A stretch of DNA of 64,000 bases from an uncultured Pseudomonadota bacterium (GCA_963847705.1 CAWKBC010000001.1:64001-128000), one strand, 5' to 3'; counted from the first letter of the stretch, positions 48,896-59,908 are shown. The notes: generated by a model from the letters alone, not told the origin. Numbers and translations are program-made.

Positions 48896-50461
48896 TCAGC
48901 GGGGCAGGCGCCGTGCCCGATCCGACGGCGATGAACCGACTGGCAGGTTCGCGCTCAGCATGCGTCGCTGGGTGGACGCCACCAGCTTCGAGCCACCGCT
49001 TCCGCGTTCGAGACGCGTCTCCACGTCCCTGTCGCGGTTGGGCACCACCTTGAAAGAGACCGGCGCGAACCCTCGCTTGCTCACGACCAGCGTCATCGGG
49101 GTCTCGCCGCGCGGCACCCGGAACGCGCAGGGCGTCTCGCCCAGCGGCCGGGCGCGCTCGCCGGGCGTGGCGGCGGCGGTGACCAGCGCACCCTGAGGTC
49201 GCGAGTCGATCGACAGCTCCACGCCCGACGGGACGCCCGGCGTCGCGCAGGCAGCGGCGACGGGTATTGGTGCGCGCGCCGGCACCGGCGGCGCGGCCGG
49301 CGTCCGTGGCGCGGTCCCGCCGTGCCGGAGCACGATCACCATCAGGACCAAGGTCGCGGCGGTGGGGAGCAGCGCGGGCAGCCAGCTCGCGCGCGCGCCG
49401 CGCAGTGCGCCCAGCAGGGCCGGCGCGGGCGCGGGCGGCGCGGCGGGCGGTTTCGGGGGGGGCGGCGCCAGCCGCGGCTCCGCTCCGGCCACGATCGCCG
49501 AGGAATCGCGCTGCCCGAAGGCGATCTCGACCGGCACGCCCGCCTCCACCCCCGACTCGGTGGGCGGGACCAGCGCGCGCACCTGCTTGACGAACGAGCT
49601 GCCCGCATAGCGCTTGCGCAGCACCAGACGTTCCAGATCCTGGCCCATCTCGTCGGCGCTCTGGTACCGCTTGGCCGGGTCGCGCGCCAGCGCGCGCAGG
49701 ATCACCTCGTCGAACGCCGGCTTGACCTCCGGGTTGCGCGAGGAGGGCCGCGGCACCGGCATCTCGCTCACCAGCTTCAGGGTCTCGAGATCGGTCTCGC
49801 CCACGAACAGCCGCCGCCCGCAGAGCAGCTCGTGCAACACCGCGCCCAGCGAGAACAGGTCCGAGCGCGCGTCGGCGGGCTGCCCCTGCTGCAACTCGGG
49901 CGCGATGTACGACATCTTTCCCTTCACGATGCCGGCGTCGGTCTGGCTGGTGCGCAGCTCCTGCACCGCGCGCGCGATGCCGAAGTCCAGGATCTTCACC
50001 GCCCCGTTCCAGGCCACCATGATGTTGGGCGGGGTCACGTCGCGGTGGACGATCCCGTAGGGTTTTCCCTCCGGGCTGGAGAGGCCGTGCGCGAAGCCGA
50101 GCCCGCGGCAGGCTTGCCGCCCGACCTCCGCCGCGAACGCCGCCGGCGCCACCGCCCCCCGCCGCTCCAGCTTCTTCAGGAGGCAGCCCATGTCCACGCC
50201 GTCGACCGGCTCCATCACGATGTAGTAGCCGCCGTCCTGGTAGGCGAACTCGAACACCTGGACGATGTTCGGGTGCAGGAGGCGCGCAGAGATCTTCGCT
50301 TCGTCGACGAACATGCGGACAAACTCGGGCGCGTCCGACAGCCCCGGGAGGATCCGCTTGACCACGAAGGTCCGCTCGAACCCCTCCGGGCCTTCGCCGG
50401 TGGCCCGGAAGACCTCCGCCATCCCGCCGCTACCGATCTTCTGTGTGAGGCGGTACTTCAT
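48896..50461 (-). CDS. Hanks-type Ser/Thr protein kinase with TM helix and PEGA-like domain
   Basis: GSGGMAEVF, HRDVTPPN, DFGIA, GKMSYIAPE, SDLFSLG; IDSRPQGA. Confidence 0.93.
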   Translation of the reverse strand: MKYRLTQKIGSGGMAEVFRATGEGPEGFERTFVVKRILPGLSDAPEFVRMFVDEAKISARLLHPNIVQVFEFAYQDGGYYIVMEPVDGVDMGCLLKKLERRGAVAPAAFAAEVGRQACRGLGFAHGLSSPEGKPYGIVHRDVTPPNIMVAWNGAVKILDFGIARAVQELRTSQTDAGIVKGKMSYIAPELQQGQPADARSDLFSLGAVLHELLCGRRLFVGETDLETLKLVSEMPVPRPSSRNPEVKPAFDEVILRALARDPAKRYQSADEMGQDLERLVLRKRYAGSSFVKQVRALVPPTESGVEAGVPVEIAFGQRDSSAIVAGAEPRLAPPPPKPPAAPPAPAPALLGALRGARASWLPALLPTAATLVLMVIVLRHGGTAPRTPAAPPVPARAPIPVAAACATPGVPSGVELSIDSRPQGALVTAAATPGERARPLGETPCAFRVPRGETPMTLVVSKRGFAPVSFKVVPNRDRDVETRLERGSGGSKLVASTQRRMLSANLPVGSSPSDRARRLPR

Positions 50462-50587
50462 CTGTGCGATGGCCCAAGGGTCAGGAGCGGGGAGGCGCCG
50501 AGGGACGCCGGCAAGACATGGTAAGCGCCGCTTTTCGGTTCGGTACCTGAATATGCGTGCAGGGTCTTCACCGCTGATGGGTCGAAG

Positions 50588-51250
50588 CTAGGCGGGCTTG
50601 ATGATCAAGCGATGGTCCCGGCTGATGCTCAGGACGATCAGCACGCTCAGGATGGCGGCAAAGAAGCACCACACCGAGGTGAGCGCCTGGCGCTCGATCA
50701 CGAACGTGGCCAGCAGAGACAGGACCAGGACGGTCCCCATGAGTTTGGCCCTGCTGATCGTGGAGACGAAAAATGGCACGACGGTCGGTAGGACGTAGCC
50801 GGGCAGGTAGAGCGCCAGCACCAGCGCGGGCGCTCGGTCCTTGTAGCTGTAGGCGATGCTGTGTCCCGCGACGTGCGCGGTCGGTTGCCCGCGAATCAGA
50901 AGGACGGTGGCATAGACACCCACGACCACGCCGGTCCAGGACAGGACCGCGAGGGCTCGTCTGCGGCGGGGATTCCTTTCGGCAACGAAGAGCGAGAGCG
51001 GAACCCAGATCGGCCAGGCGACCAGGGCGAAACTGAGGAAGAAAGCCACGGCGAGCTGCTGCAGCCGGACCTCCGCTGGGTCGTGGATGGTCATCCAGAC
51101 GACACCCTCGGCCACTTGCTGGGCCGCGAAGAGCAGTGGGACCACGGCCAACATCCGGTGTGACGGCGGCTTGTCCTGGGTCATCGCGACCGCGCCGATT
51201 CCCGCGATCACGGTGGCGACGCCGAAGCTGCCGGTGGCCGAAAAACACAT
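50588..51250 (-). CDS. multi-TM membrane protein (DUF6629-like)
   Basis: MCFSATGSF start, PLLFAAQQVAEG, SVWCFFAA. Confidence 0.78.
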   Translation of the reverse strand: MCFSATGSFGVATVIAGIGAVAMTQDKPPSHRMLAVVPLLFAAQQVAEGVVWMTIHDPAEVRLQQLAVAFFLSFALVAWPIWVPLSLFVAERNPRRRRALAVLSWTGVVVGVYATVLLIRGQPTAHVAGHSIAYSYKDRAPALVLALYLPGYVLPTVVPFFVSTISRAKLMGTVLVLSLLATFVIERQALTSVWCFFAAILSVLIVLSISRDHRLIIKPA

Positions 51251-51501
51251 GGGCGCGTCGTTCAGAGCCGAACGTTGCCGGGGCGAACGTGACGCAGGCG
51301 GGAGGGGCGCATGCCAGCGCCATGGTGGGCACTGTTCGTGGAACAGGGAAGAGGTCGACTCGGCGATCGACGGTGGCGGCGGCCGCCGCCGTCGCCGCCA
51401 CGGCAGAGCTTGGCTGTCGCCGCAACGTAGTCAGGTTACTCACAGCGGTGGAACTGGGCAGGGAAGGGGTCCTCAAACGGAAAGTCGAGGGAGGTGGAGA
51501 G

Positions 51502-52029
51502 ATGAAGACAAAGAGTCTAGGGGCGATGACGATCTGGATCCTGTCCGCAGGGACGGCCGGAGCGGCGCTGGCGGGTCCGGAACGGGCGCAGCAGCAGGTG
51601 GCGCAGATCCAGACGCGGTTGCAAAAGAATCCCGATCTGAGAAACAACGCCATCAATGTCTCGGTCAACAACGGCGTGGCCACGCTGACCGGCACCGTCG
51701 ATACGCAGGCCGAGAGGTCCGACGCCGCGCGGCTGGCATTGGTGGCCGGAATCGTGGGCGTCGACAACCGTCTCGACGTGGGCAGCCAGGGCGTCCGGCA
51801 GGCTGTCTCCGACGCGGGCCTGACGGCCAAGATCAAGGGGAAGCTGACGGAGGATGAAATGACCCGGTTCAGCGACGTGTCGGTCACGACCAACAACGGC
51901 GTCGTCACGCTGACCGGCTCGGTCCCCGATCAAGAGGCGCTGACACAGGTCGTCCGTGTCGCGGGCAGCGCCGACGGCGTCAGCCGCGTCGAGAACGATC
52001 TGACGATCGCGCCGCGCAGGGTGAACTGA
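51502..52029 (+). CDS. tandem BON-domain protein
   Basis: GGAG RBS, signal peptide; two NGV.TLTG.V...GV..V.N.L BON motifs. Confidence 0.9.
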   Translation: MKTKSLGAMTIWILSAGTAGAALAGPERAQQQVAQIQTRLQKNPDLRNNAINVSVNNGVATLTGTVDTQAERSDAARLALVAGIVGVDNRLDVGSQGVRQAVSDAGLTAKIKGKLTEDEMTRFSDVSVTTNNGVVTLTGSVPDQEALTQVVRVAGSADGVSRVENDLTIAPRRVN

Positions 52030-52362
52030 TCACGCCTGGGCCCTCGCTCGCATTCGAGGTCCGTGGAAGCGCAGGCGGACGGGGTCACCGGTGTCCGGGT
52101 CGGGGAGATGCTCAACGATTTGCTCGGACACTGGTGACCCGAGAGGGGGCTGCCGATCTGCCAGGATGAACGCACCCATCACCGGTCTCGTCGTTTTGCG
52201 GCCGAGCACACAATCGCCCTCCGGACCAGGGGTCGAGGCCCAAGGCGCGGTAAGCTGACGTACGAACAACAGGAGTTGCACTGATCCCAGCTGCCCGAAC
52301 GCGTCGTTGGCCGCCCTTGACAACATTCGTGCCGATGGACACATCCCTCGCGTCAAAGTCCC

Positions 52363-52782
52363 ATGACGACGAAAATCTTCATTGTCGACGATCACCCCAT
52401 CGTGTGTGACGTTTTGGCCGCGATGTTCAAGGGAAACCCGGCGTTCGAGGTCGTCGGCGTGGCCTCCAGCATCCGCGGAACCTTGGCGGCCGTCGAGCGG
52501 TGCGGCCCCGATCTGATGTTGATTGACCTGTCGCTCGAGGACGGAAGTGGGATTCATCTCGTGCGGGCTCTCCGCGGCCTCGGGGTGGAGGCTCGCGTGT
52601 TGGTGGTCACCGGCGTGCGGAGCCGAGTCGTGGCCGCCGAGGCGTTTTCCGCCGGTGTCGCGGGCTATGTCCTCAAGGAACAGTCGACGAAGGACCTTCT
52701 CGCCGCGATTGACGCCGTGGCAGGCGGCGGAACCTACGTTGCTCCCGGTCTGGCCAGCACCTGGTCGTCTCACTTCAACTAG
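52363..52782 (+). CDS. NarL-like response regulator, receiver domain only
   Basis: IVDDHPIV, LIDLSL, GYVLK; ends at GGTYV without an HTH. Confidence 0.8.
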   Translation: MTTKIFIVDDHPIVCDVLAAMFKGNPAFEVVGVASSIRGTLAAVERCGPDLMLIDLSLEDGSGIHLVRALRGLGVEARVLVVTGVRSRVVAAEAFSAGVAGYVLKEQSTKDLLAAIDAVAGGGTYVAPGLASTWSSHFN

Positions 52783-53002
52783 CTTCCCCCGGGGCGATCG
52801 CCGTCACATCCGCTCCGCCGGGAGCGCGATGAGAGTGACCACGTCGCTCGAGATCTGGTAAATGGATAGGCTTTCATGCCATCTGCCGTGAAGTGGTGCT
52901 TCGGTCGGCGGTGCGTAGCGAAAGCGGGACGCAGTGGGGAATGACCTGCCATCCGTGAATGACGAGCCGGAGCAGCGCAGCTAGCCCTCCAAGTTTTTCA
53001 TC

Positions 53003-55516
53003 GTGGGCGTGGGCGCCTCGGCCGGCGGTCTCGAGGCGCTGACAGCCTTTCTGAAGGGCCTCTCTCTGGATTCGATGGCGATTGTCATCGTCCAGCACCT
53101 CGCACCCAAGCACGAGAGCCTGCTGCCGACGCTGCTCTCACGCGGGAGCGAGGCGAAGGTCTCGGCCGTCGAGGACGGGATGCGGGTCGAGCCAGGGCGT
53201 ATCTACGTCATTCCTCCGAATGCGGATCTCGCCATTTTGCAGGGCGTCCTGCATCTCATGCGGCCCATCGGCGCGACGCACGGCCCGCACCTCCCGATCG
53301 ACTATTTCTTTCGCTCGCTCGCCGAGGACCAGGGATCTCGCTCGATTGGAGTCGTCCTTTCGGGGACTGGCTCGGACGGGACGTTCGGTCTCCAGGCCAT
53401 CAAGGAGGCGGGTGGCATCACGTTCGCTCAAGAGCCGGCCTCGGCCAAATACGACGGAATGCCCCGGAGCGCGATTGACAGCGGCTGGGCCGATTTCACT
53501 CTGCCGCCCGAGGGCATCGCCAACGAGCTGCTCCGGATCCGGAATCACCCCTATCTCACCCGCAAGCGCGCGAGCTCGCCTCAGGCCGAGGAGAGCGTCG
53601 GCAAGCTGATCGTTCTCATGCGAACGGAGTTTGGCAACGATCTCACCTACTACAAGCCGACCACGATGGACCGCCGCATCGAGCGCCGGATGGCTCTGCA
53701 GAAGATCGAGACGCTGTCCGATTACGTCAAGTTCGTTCAGAGCAACGCCGCTGAGCTGCGGCTCTTGTACAAGGACATGCTCATCAGCGTGACGAGCTTC
53801 TTCCGCGACGGGGACTCGTTCGAGGCGCTCAAGACCGTCATCCTGCCCCGCATCCTGGAGAGCAAGCAGACCGGCGGGCAGATCCGGCTCTGGGTGCCGG
53901 CCTGCTCGACCGGCGAAGAGGCCTACTCGCTGGCGATCGTGCTGTTCGAGTTGCTGGGCGAGCGCGCCGCGGAGTTTCGGTTGCAAATCTTCGGCACCGA
54001 CGTCGACGACTCGTCGGTTCAGCACGCGCGGCGCGGGCTCTTCCCGAACAACATCACACTCGACGTCTCCCCCGAAAGACTTCAGCGTTTCTTCATCAAG
54101 AAGGAGAGCGGGTATCAGATCGCGCGCCGCATCCGCGACGTGGTCGTGTTCTCTGCTCATAACGTCACCCGGGACGCCCCGTTCTCCCGCCTCGACCTGG
54201 TGAGCTGCCGCAACCTGCTCATTTATCTCCGTCCGACGATGCAGAAGAGGGTCCTGCGGATCCTTCACTACTCCCTGCTGCCCACGGGCTATCTGATGCT
54301 CGGGACGTCCGAGACGGTGGGAGACCTCACCGATTACTTTGCGCTCGTGGATCGCAAGAACAAGATCTATTCCCGGAGACACATGGCCGAGACCGCCGCC
54401 CTCGAGGTGGGGCTCGGCGTGAAGCTCCTGGAGCCGACGCAACCGTTTCCCTCCACCACGACGCGCCGGAGCAGCGCCACGCTGGCCAGCGCGGCGGAGC
54501 GGAAGATCCTGGAGCTCTATGGACCGCCGGGGGTCCTGGTCAACGACGACTTCGACGTCGTCCACATCCGCGGCCGGACGCGCGGCTACCTCGAGCCGAT
54601 GCCCGGTGCTCCCAGCTTCAACATCCTGCGCCTCGCGCGCCCCGACCTGCACGTCGAGTTGCGGCGCGTGCTTCAGGAGGCGCGTTCCGGGAATGGGCGG
54701 GCCAGCGTCGACTGTCGAATCGCCGAGGAGGGGACCGTCCGGCCGATCACCATCGAGGTCATTCCGGTGGTGGACCCGGAGACCAAGGTGCGCTGCTTCA
54801 TGGTGCTGTTCCATGAAGAGAGAAACATGCAGTCGGCGCGCGAGGCCAGCGATGCCGCGCCGTCGCTGACACCCGCCGAGACGGAAGACGCCAAGACGCA
54901 GGAGCTGGAACGCGAGCTCGTCATGACCAAGGAGTACTTGCAGAGCGCGATCGAAGAGCTGGAGAGCTCGAACGAGGAGCTGAAATCGTCGAACGAGGAG
55001 CTGCAATCATCAAACGAAGAGCTGCAGAGCACGAACGAAGAGCTTGAAACGTCGAAGGAGGAACTGCAGTCGTCGAACGAAGAGCTCACGACCGTCAACG
55101 ACGAGCTCCACAGCCGGATGGGGGAGCTTCAGCTCATCAACGACGACCTCCACAACATCCTGTCGAGCATGGGCAGCGCGATGATCATCGTCGGGCTGGA
55201 TCTCCGGATCAGGCGGTTCACGCAGGTTGCCGAGACCCTGATGAACTTGGTGCCCGGCGACGTCGGGCGAACGGTGAGTCTGCTCAACGCATTCATCGTG
55301 GGCGAACGAATCGAGGCGCTGGCCGCGCAAGCCATCGAAAAGCTGGTCCCCGTCGACAAGCGGATCGCCTGCGCGAACCAGCGCTGGTATCAGCTGCACA
55401 TCTCGCCATACAAGACGCTCGATCACGCGATCAAGGGCGCGGTCATCGTTCTGCTGGACGTCGACGACAGCCGCAGGCTGGCGGAGAGGACCAAGGAGGA
55501 TCGACGGGGGTCTTGA
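53003..55516 (+). CDS. CheB methylesterase-CheR methyltransferase-PAS fusion (true start probably ~52955)
   Basis: GASAGG, VQHL and GTGSDG (CheB triad); VTSFFRD, CSTGEEAYS, SCRNLLIY (CheR); SNEELQS coiled coil. Confidence 0.93.
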   Translation: MGVGASAGGLEALTAFLKGLSLDSMAIVIVQHLAPKHESLLPTLLSRGSEAKVSAVEDGMRVEPGRIYVIPPNADLAILQGVLHLMRPIGATHGPHLPIDYFFRSLAEDQGSRSIGVVLSGTGSDGTFGLQAIKEAGGITFAQEPASAKYDGMPRSAIDSGWADFTLPPEGIANELLRIRNHPYLTRKRASSPQAEESVGKLIVLMRTEFGNDLTYYKPTTMDRRIERRMALQKIETLSDYVKFVQSNAAELRLLYKDMLISVTSFFRDGDSFEALKTVILPRILESKQTGGQIRLWVPACSTGEEAYSLAIVLFELLGERAAEFRLQIFGTDVDDSSVQHARRGLFPNNITLDVSPERLQRFFIKKESGYQIARRIRDVVVFSAHNVTRDAPFSRLDLVSCRNLLIYLRPTMQKRVLRILHYSLLPTGYLMLGTSETVGDLTDYFALVDRKNKIYSRRHMAETAALEVGLGVKLLEPTQPFPSTTTRRSSATLASAAERKILELYGPPGVLVNDDFDVVHIRGRTRGYLEPMPGAPSFNILRLARPDLHVELRRVLQEARSGNGRASVDCRIAEEGTVRPITIEVIPVVDPETKVRCFMVLFHEERNMQSAREASDAAPSLTPAETEDAKTQELERELVMTKEYLQSAIEELESSNEELKSSNEELQSSNEELQSTNEELETSKEELQSSNEELTTVNDELHSRMGELQLINDDLHNILSSMGSAMIIVGLDLRIRRFTQVAETLMNLVPGDVGRTVSLLNAFIVGERIEALAAQAIEKLVPVDKRIACANQRWYQLHISPYKTLDHAIKGAVIVLLDVDDSRRLAERTKEDRRGS

Positions 55517-55538
55517 CCCGCGACCGCCGCCGTCACGG

Positions 55539-57350
55539 ATGCCCTCAAAGAGTCCCACGTTCGAGGAGATGTCGAAGGACGAGCTGATCGCGGCGCTCCG
55601 AACCCTGGAGGGGTCTCCTCGCGTCGAGGACGCTCTGTGGGAGAATGCCTCCGTCATCCACGATCTCGAGGTCCATCAGATCGAGCTCGAGATGCAAAAT
55701 CGGCAGCTGCGCGAGACCGAAGCGCAGCTGCAAGGGTCGACGCACCGGTACATGGAGCTCTACGACTTCGCGCCGGTTGCCTATCTCACGCTCGACGTCG
55801 AGGGCCGTATCCACCAGGCGAATCTGAGGGCGGCGACGTTTTTCGGGACGGAGCGGGGACAGCTGCTCGGAAAGCCGCTGATCTCGTTGGTCGCCGTGGG
55901 CCATCGGGCTCACCTGCGCGGGCACCTCCAGCGCTGCTTCCGTCAGCGAGGCGCGCTCAGCGTGGAGCTCGATCTGTCAGGAGACGGAAGGCCAACCCAG
56001 CCGGTCAGTGCGACCAGTGTCTCCGTGCTCGATGAGGCCGGTCGAATCGTTGGCTGCCGAACGACCCTGACCGATATCTCGGCGCTCAAGCGCACGGAGG
56101 CCCGGCTGCTGCTCCTGGCGTCGGCGAGCAAGATGTTGGCGACCTCTCTCGACGTGGAGAGCTCCATCCTGGAGGTGCTTCGTGCCATCCTTCCGTCGTG
56201 CGCCGACATCGGAATGATCGATCTGTTCAACCGCGGCGAGGTGCGCCGCCTCGAAGCGCGCCGCGAATCGACCGCGCCCGCCGGCATAGAGACGGCCAGA
56301 TCGTTGCGTCCCGCGCCCTCACTCCGGCCGGACAGCCCGCAGACCCGTGTTCTCGAATCTGGCAACCCGATTCTGCTGTCGCGTTGCGATGCCAGCTCGC
56401 TCGCGGGTGACGACGGCCTCGATCACGAACCGTCCATCCGGACCAGCGGGGCCAGATCGCTGCTCTACGTCCCGCTCTCCTCCCGCGGAATGACGTTGGG
56501 CGTCCTGACACTGATCTCTCTCGACGAGGATCGAATCTTCTTGGGGGCAGACCTGCTCTTCGCGACGGACGTCGCCGCTCGCGTGGCCACCGCCGTCGAT
56601 AACGCGCGCCTCTATCGCGAGGCGAGAGACGCCGTGCGGGGGCGGGAGGACGTTCTCTCGTTCGTCGCGCACGATCTCCGTCAGTTTCTGTTCGGATCCC
56701 GGCTGGCCATCGACATCCTGCTCCGGTCGGTCCGGCAGGTCGAGCGACGTCAGGGGTGGCAAGAGCTCGATCGCGTCCAGAGATTGAATTCCCAGATGGC
56801 GCGCATGATCGAGGATCTGCTCGATGTCTCCAGCCTCGACGCGGGGCGGCTCTCACTGAAGCTCTCGGAGTGGCAGGCGACGGACTTGCTGTCGCAGGCC
56901 GCCGAGGCGCTCACCGCCACCGCGTCCGCCGGAGGCGTGGCCTTGACCGTCGACGCCACAGCCGCGCTGGGGACGGTGTGCTGCGACGCTGCGCGGGTGA
57001 TGCAGATCTTCGGCAACATCGTGGGAAACGCGGTGAAGTTCACGCCCAGGGGCGGGTCGATCACCATCTCGGCGTCGAGTGTCGGGGGGCAGCTTCAGTT
57101 CGCGGTGCATGACACCGGGCCGGGCATCGCTCCTGCTCTGCTCGAGCATCTGTTCGAGCGCTACTGGCAGGCGGATGCGGGCGCCCAAAAGGGAGAGGGC
57201 CTCGGTCTCTACATCGCGAAGCACCTCGTCGAAGCGCAGGGTGGCCGCATCTGGGTCGAGAGTCGAGTGGGTGCCGGGACCACCCTTTTCTTCACTCTCC
57301 CGCGCATCAACCCGTTCCGGACGGCTGCCGAGTCCACGGGCCTTCGATGA
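55539..57350 (+). CDS. PAS/GAF sensor histidine kinase
   Basis: VHQIELEMQN, YDFAPVAY, GAF (VPL...LGVL), AHDLR, NAVKF, GLGLYI. Confidence 0.92.
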   Translation: MPSKSPTFEEMSKDELIAALRTLEGSPRVEDALWENASVIHDLEVHQIELEMQNRQLRETEAQLQGSTHRYMELYDFAPVAYLTLDVEGRIHQANLRAATFFGTERGQLLGKPLISLVAVGHRAHLRGHLQRCFRQRGALSVELDLSGDGRPTQPVSATSVSVLDEAGRIVGCRTTLTDISALKRTEARLLLLASASKMLATSLDVESSILEVLRAILPSCADIGMIDLFNRGEVRRLEARRESTAPAGIETARSLRPAPSLRPDSPQTRVLESGNPILLSRCDASSLAGDDGLDHEPSIRTSGARSLLYVPLSSRGMTLGVLTLISLDEDRIFLGADLLFATDVAARVATAVDNARLYREARDAVRGREDVLSFVAHDLRQFLFGSRLAIDILLRSVRQVERRQGWQELDRVQRLNSQMARMIEDLLDVSSLDAGRLSLKLSEWQATDLLSQAAEALTATASAGGVALTVDATAALGTVCCDAARVMQIFGNIVGNAVKFTPRGGSITISASSVGGQLQFAVHDTGPGIAPALLEHLFERYWQADAGAQKGEGLGLYIAKHLVEAQGGRIWVESRVGAGTTLFFTLPRINPFRTAAESTGLR

Positions 57351-57425
57351 CGCAGTAGGCGTCATTGATTGCGAACGTCACGTCGAAACCCGAAACGGCG
57401 TACGATGCCGGTGAGGAGGTGGCCG

Positions 57426-57794
57426 ATGGGACGTTGGCTTTCGTTCGGGGTTGCGCTGGTTGCGGTTGGTGCAATGGTGGGGTGCGGCGGATCGGACGGG
57501 CACCCCGACACCGGGTACGGGGCCAATCAGCCGATCCCGGCCGCCGAAACGTGCGTCGACCTCTGTCAGCGTCTGGCCGACTGCGTGGCCGACCTGTGCG
57601 ATGAGGACACCAGCTCGACGCGCTACGCCGGCACTCAGTCCTTGCTGGCCTCGAGCTGCAGCTCGACCTGCACCGACGGCGAGGTCCAGTCGGCGATCTC
57701 GCCCACGGCCTGGCAGTGCCTCTTCGAGGATACGTGTCGGCAGGTGTTTGGCGAAGACGCCTGCCACGCCATGAGCCAGTACCACTGCAGCTGA
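57426..57794 (+). CDS. small Cys-rich lipoprotein
   Basis: GAGGAGG upstream; MVGC lipobox; about 10 further Cys. Confidence 0.7.
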   Translation: MGRWLSFGVALVAVGAMVGCGGSDGHPDTGYGANQPIPAAETCVDLCQRLADCVADLCDEDTSSTRYAGTQSLLASSCSSTCTDGEVQSAISPTAWQCLFEDTCRQVFGEDACHAMSQYHCS

Positions 57795-57917
57795 GGTCCG
57801 ACGGCCTTCGATTCAATGATCCGCCTGAAGCGGCCGATGCGTTGGCCGGGTCTTTGTCTCGCGCCGGGTTGCGTGAGACGATTGGCGGAAGGTCGCGTCG
57901 CCCGGAGAGGCTGCACA

Positions 57918-59045
57918 ATGCAGAAAAAGCCCTGGTTCATCGTCGGTCTGGTGGTCTGGCTCCCGGCTTTGGCGGGAGGATGTGGGGGCGGCTCCGCGTC
58001 GACGGGCTCGACGGGCGGATCCATGGGATCGGGCGGCGGCCCCGGGACAGGCGGGGGGATGGACGCGGCCCAGATTCCACCCGGCCCCAACGGCAACCCG
58101 GATGGCCACTGCGCCGTGCCGAGCGCCGGGCTGGCGGCGGACGTCTCGTCACCGACCACGGTGGTGGGAACGGGAAGCGCGGCCAGTTGCACCGCCAACG
58201 CCGTCGTGGCGGCCGTCGCGGGGGGCGGCGTCGTGACCTTCAACTGCGGGCCCGATCCGGTCACCATCACGGTCCCCGAGATCGAGATCTTCAATGACGG
58301 CGGCCTCGGCGACGGGAGCGTCACCATCGACGGCGGCGGGCTCATCACGCTGAGCGGGGGCGGGGCGAACCGGATCCTCTATCAGAACACCTGCGATCAG
58401 AGCCTCCACTTCACCTCGTCGCGTTGCGATCTTCAGACCACGCCTCACCTGGTGGTCCAGAACATCGCCTTCGCCGACGGGAGCGTCCCTGGCGACGCGA
58501 CGGCGTTCGGCGGCGGCGCGCTCTACGTCAGCGGCGGCACGTTCAAGGCCTTCAACATCCGGGTCACGAACAGCACCCAATCGACCGCGCACGACGACTG
58601 GGCGGGCGGCGCGATCTACACGTTTGAACAGAGCCAGCCAGTCTTCGTCGTCAACAGCACGTTCGACGGCAACGTCGCCTGCAGCGGCGGGGCGCTCGGC
58701 AGCATCGGGACCGCGTGGTCGATCTACAACAGCGTCTTTGCCAACAACCACACGCTCACCACCGGTGGCCAGTCGGGCGGCGCCATCTACAACGACGGGA
58801 ACAGCTACACGCTCACCATCTGCGGCTCGGAATTCGAGAACAACGCCGCGGCGCGACTGGGCTCCGGTGCGATCTTTCAGGTGGTCGACGATCTCAAGGG
58901 GGCGCTGGTCATCGACCAGTCGACCTTCACCGGCAACAGCAACACGGGGAGCGTCCAGTCGAGCGCGCACCCGAGCATCTACGTCGAGGCCACGGACAAG
59001 GTCGGCAACGGCGGCGTGACCATCACCGCCACCACGTTCAACTGA
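57918..59045 (+). CDS. pectin-lyase-like beta-helix (GGA[I/L] repeat) lipoprotein
   Basis: AGGC lipobox; VVGTGSAASCT, GGGVVTFNCG, repeated GGAIY/F..N motifs. Confidence 0.8.
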   Translation: MQKKPWFIVGLVVWLPALAGGCGGGSASTGSTGGSMGSGGGPGTGGGMDAAQIPPGPNGNPDGHCAVPSAGLAADVSSPTTVVGTGSAASCTANAVVAAVAGGGVVTFNCGPDPVTITVPEIEIFNDGGLGDGSVTIDGGGLITLSGGGANRILYQNTCDQSLHFTSSRCDLQTTPHLVVQNIAFADGSVPGDATAFGGGALYVSGGTFKAFNIRVTNSTQSTAHDDWAGGAIYTFEQSQPVFVVNSTFDGNVACSGGALGSIGTAWSIYNSVFANNHTLTTGGQSGGAIYNDGNSYTLTICGSEFENNAAARLGSGAIFQVVDDLKGALVIDQSTFTGNSNTGSVQSSAHPSIYVEATDKVGNGGVTITATTFN

Positions 59046-59125
59046 ACCGCGCCCAGCAGGTGGGTGGCGAGCCGATCTCCCGGGCCGCCTTCGGCGGCTA
59101 CGTCGTCGGGCATGGTTCGCTTCGC

Positions 59126-59908
59126 TCACCGTTGCCTTACGGCAACGCCGTCCCAGGTGGCGCCTCTGCGGGCCGCAATGGTGATGCCTTCCTGAAGCGA
59201 TCCTGGAAGGAACCGGTAGAGAGTGTTCTTGATCGAACCCGAGAGGTGACTTGCCGGCTCATCGCCCGCATCGTGGCGGGCGTAGCGAGCATCGAAATAA
59301 TATTTCATCCACACGCGATCGATCGCGAATCCGGCGCCCAGGAGGATCTCCCGCAACTCCGAGAGCGTGTATTCGCGGAAATGACCGGGATTGCTTCGAT
59401 CGGTGCGGATCCGCTCGAACGGGTTTCGACCGAGCAACAGCTTGGCGCGCTTGCGCAAGGCGACCGCGTTTGGTGTCTGGACCAGGAGCACGCCCCCGGG
59501 AACGAGGAGGTCTTTCAAATACGCGAGGACCAGCTCGGGAGCGGTGTAGAGATGTTCGATCACCTCGGCGAAGACGATGATGTCGTACGGACCGATGTCG
59601 GTGCGCCATCGCGAGCGATCCTGGGCATCATTCAGGTCGAATCGATGATGACGGGTGTCGTGAATCTGACCGTCGGCGTCGAGCCCGAGACAGTCGACCT
59701 CCACGTTCAGCTCGGTCGCGAGCAATGAGGTCAGCCGAGAGGCGCCAATATCCAGCAGTCGGCACCCTGGGCGCGTGGCGTACAGGCGAACCGTGTCGAC
59801 GAGAAACTGAAATCGCGGGCGATGAAATGCGACATAGGCGGGATTCGCGTCGCCCGAGATGACTCGATGGACCCGATCCTCCGAAGGGTTCGCCAAGGCC
59901 ACGGCCAC
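59126..59908 (-). CDS. class I SAM-dependent methyltransferase
   Basis: LLDIGA, YDIIVFAEVIEHL, LVPGGVLLVQTPN, HFREYT. Confidence 0.85.
   Translation of the reverse strand: MAVALANPSEDRVHRVISGDANPAYVAFHRPRFQFLVDTVRLYATRPGCRLLDIGASRLTSLLATELNVEVDCLGLDADGQIHDTRHHRFDLNDAQDRSRWRTDIGPYDIIVFAEVIEHLYTAPELVLAYLKDLLVPGGVLLVQTPNAVALRKRAKLLLGRNPFERIRTDRSNPGHFREYTLSELREILLGAGFAIDRVWMKYYFDARYARHDAGDEPASHLSGSIKNTLYRFLPGSLQEGITIAARRGATWDGVAVRQR

Noticed and set aside
54955-55090. 21-bp periodic repeat (SNEELQS)
   Set aside because: Ordinary heptad coiled coil of CheB/CheR fusions.
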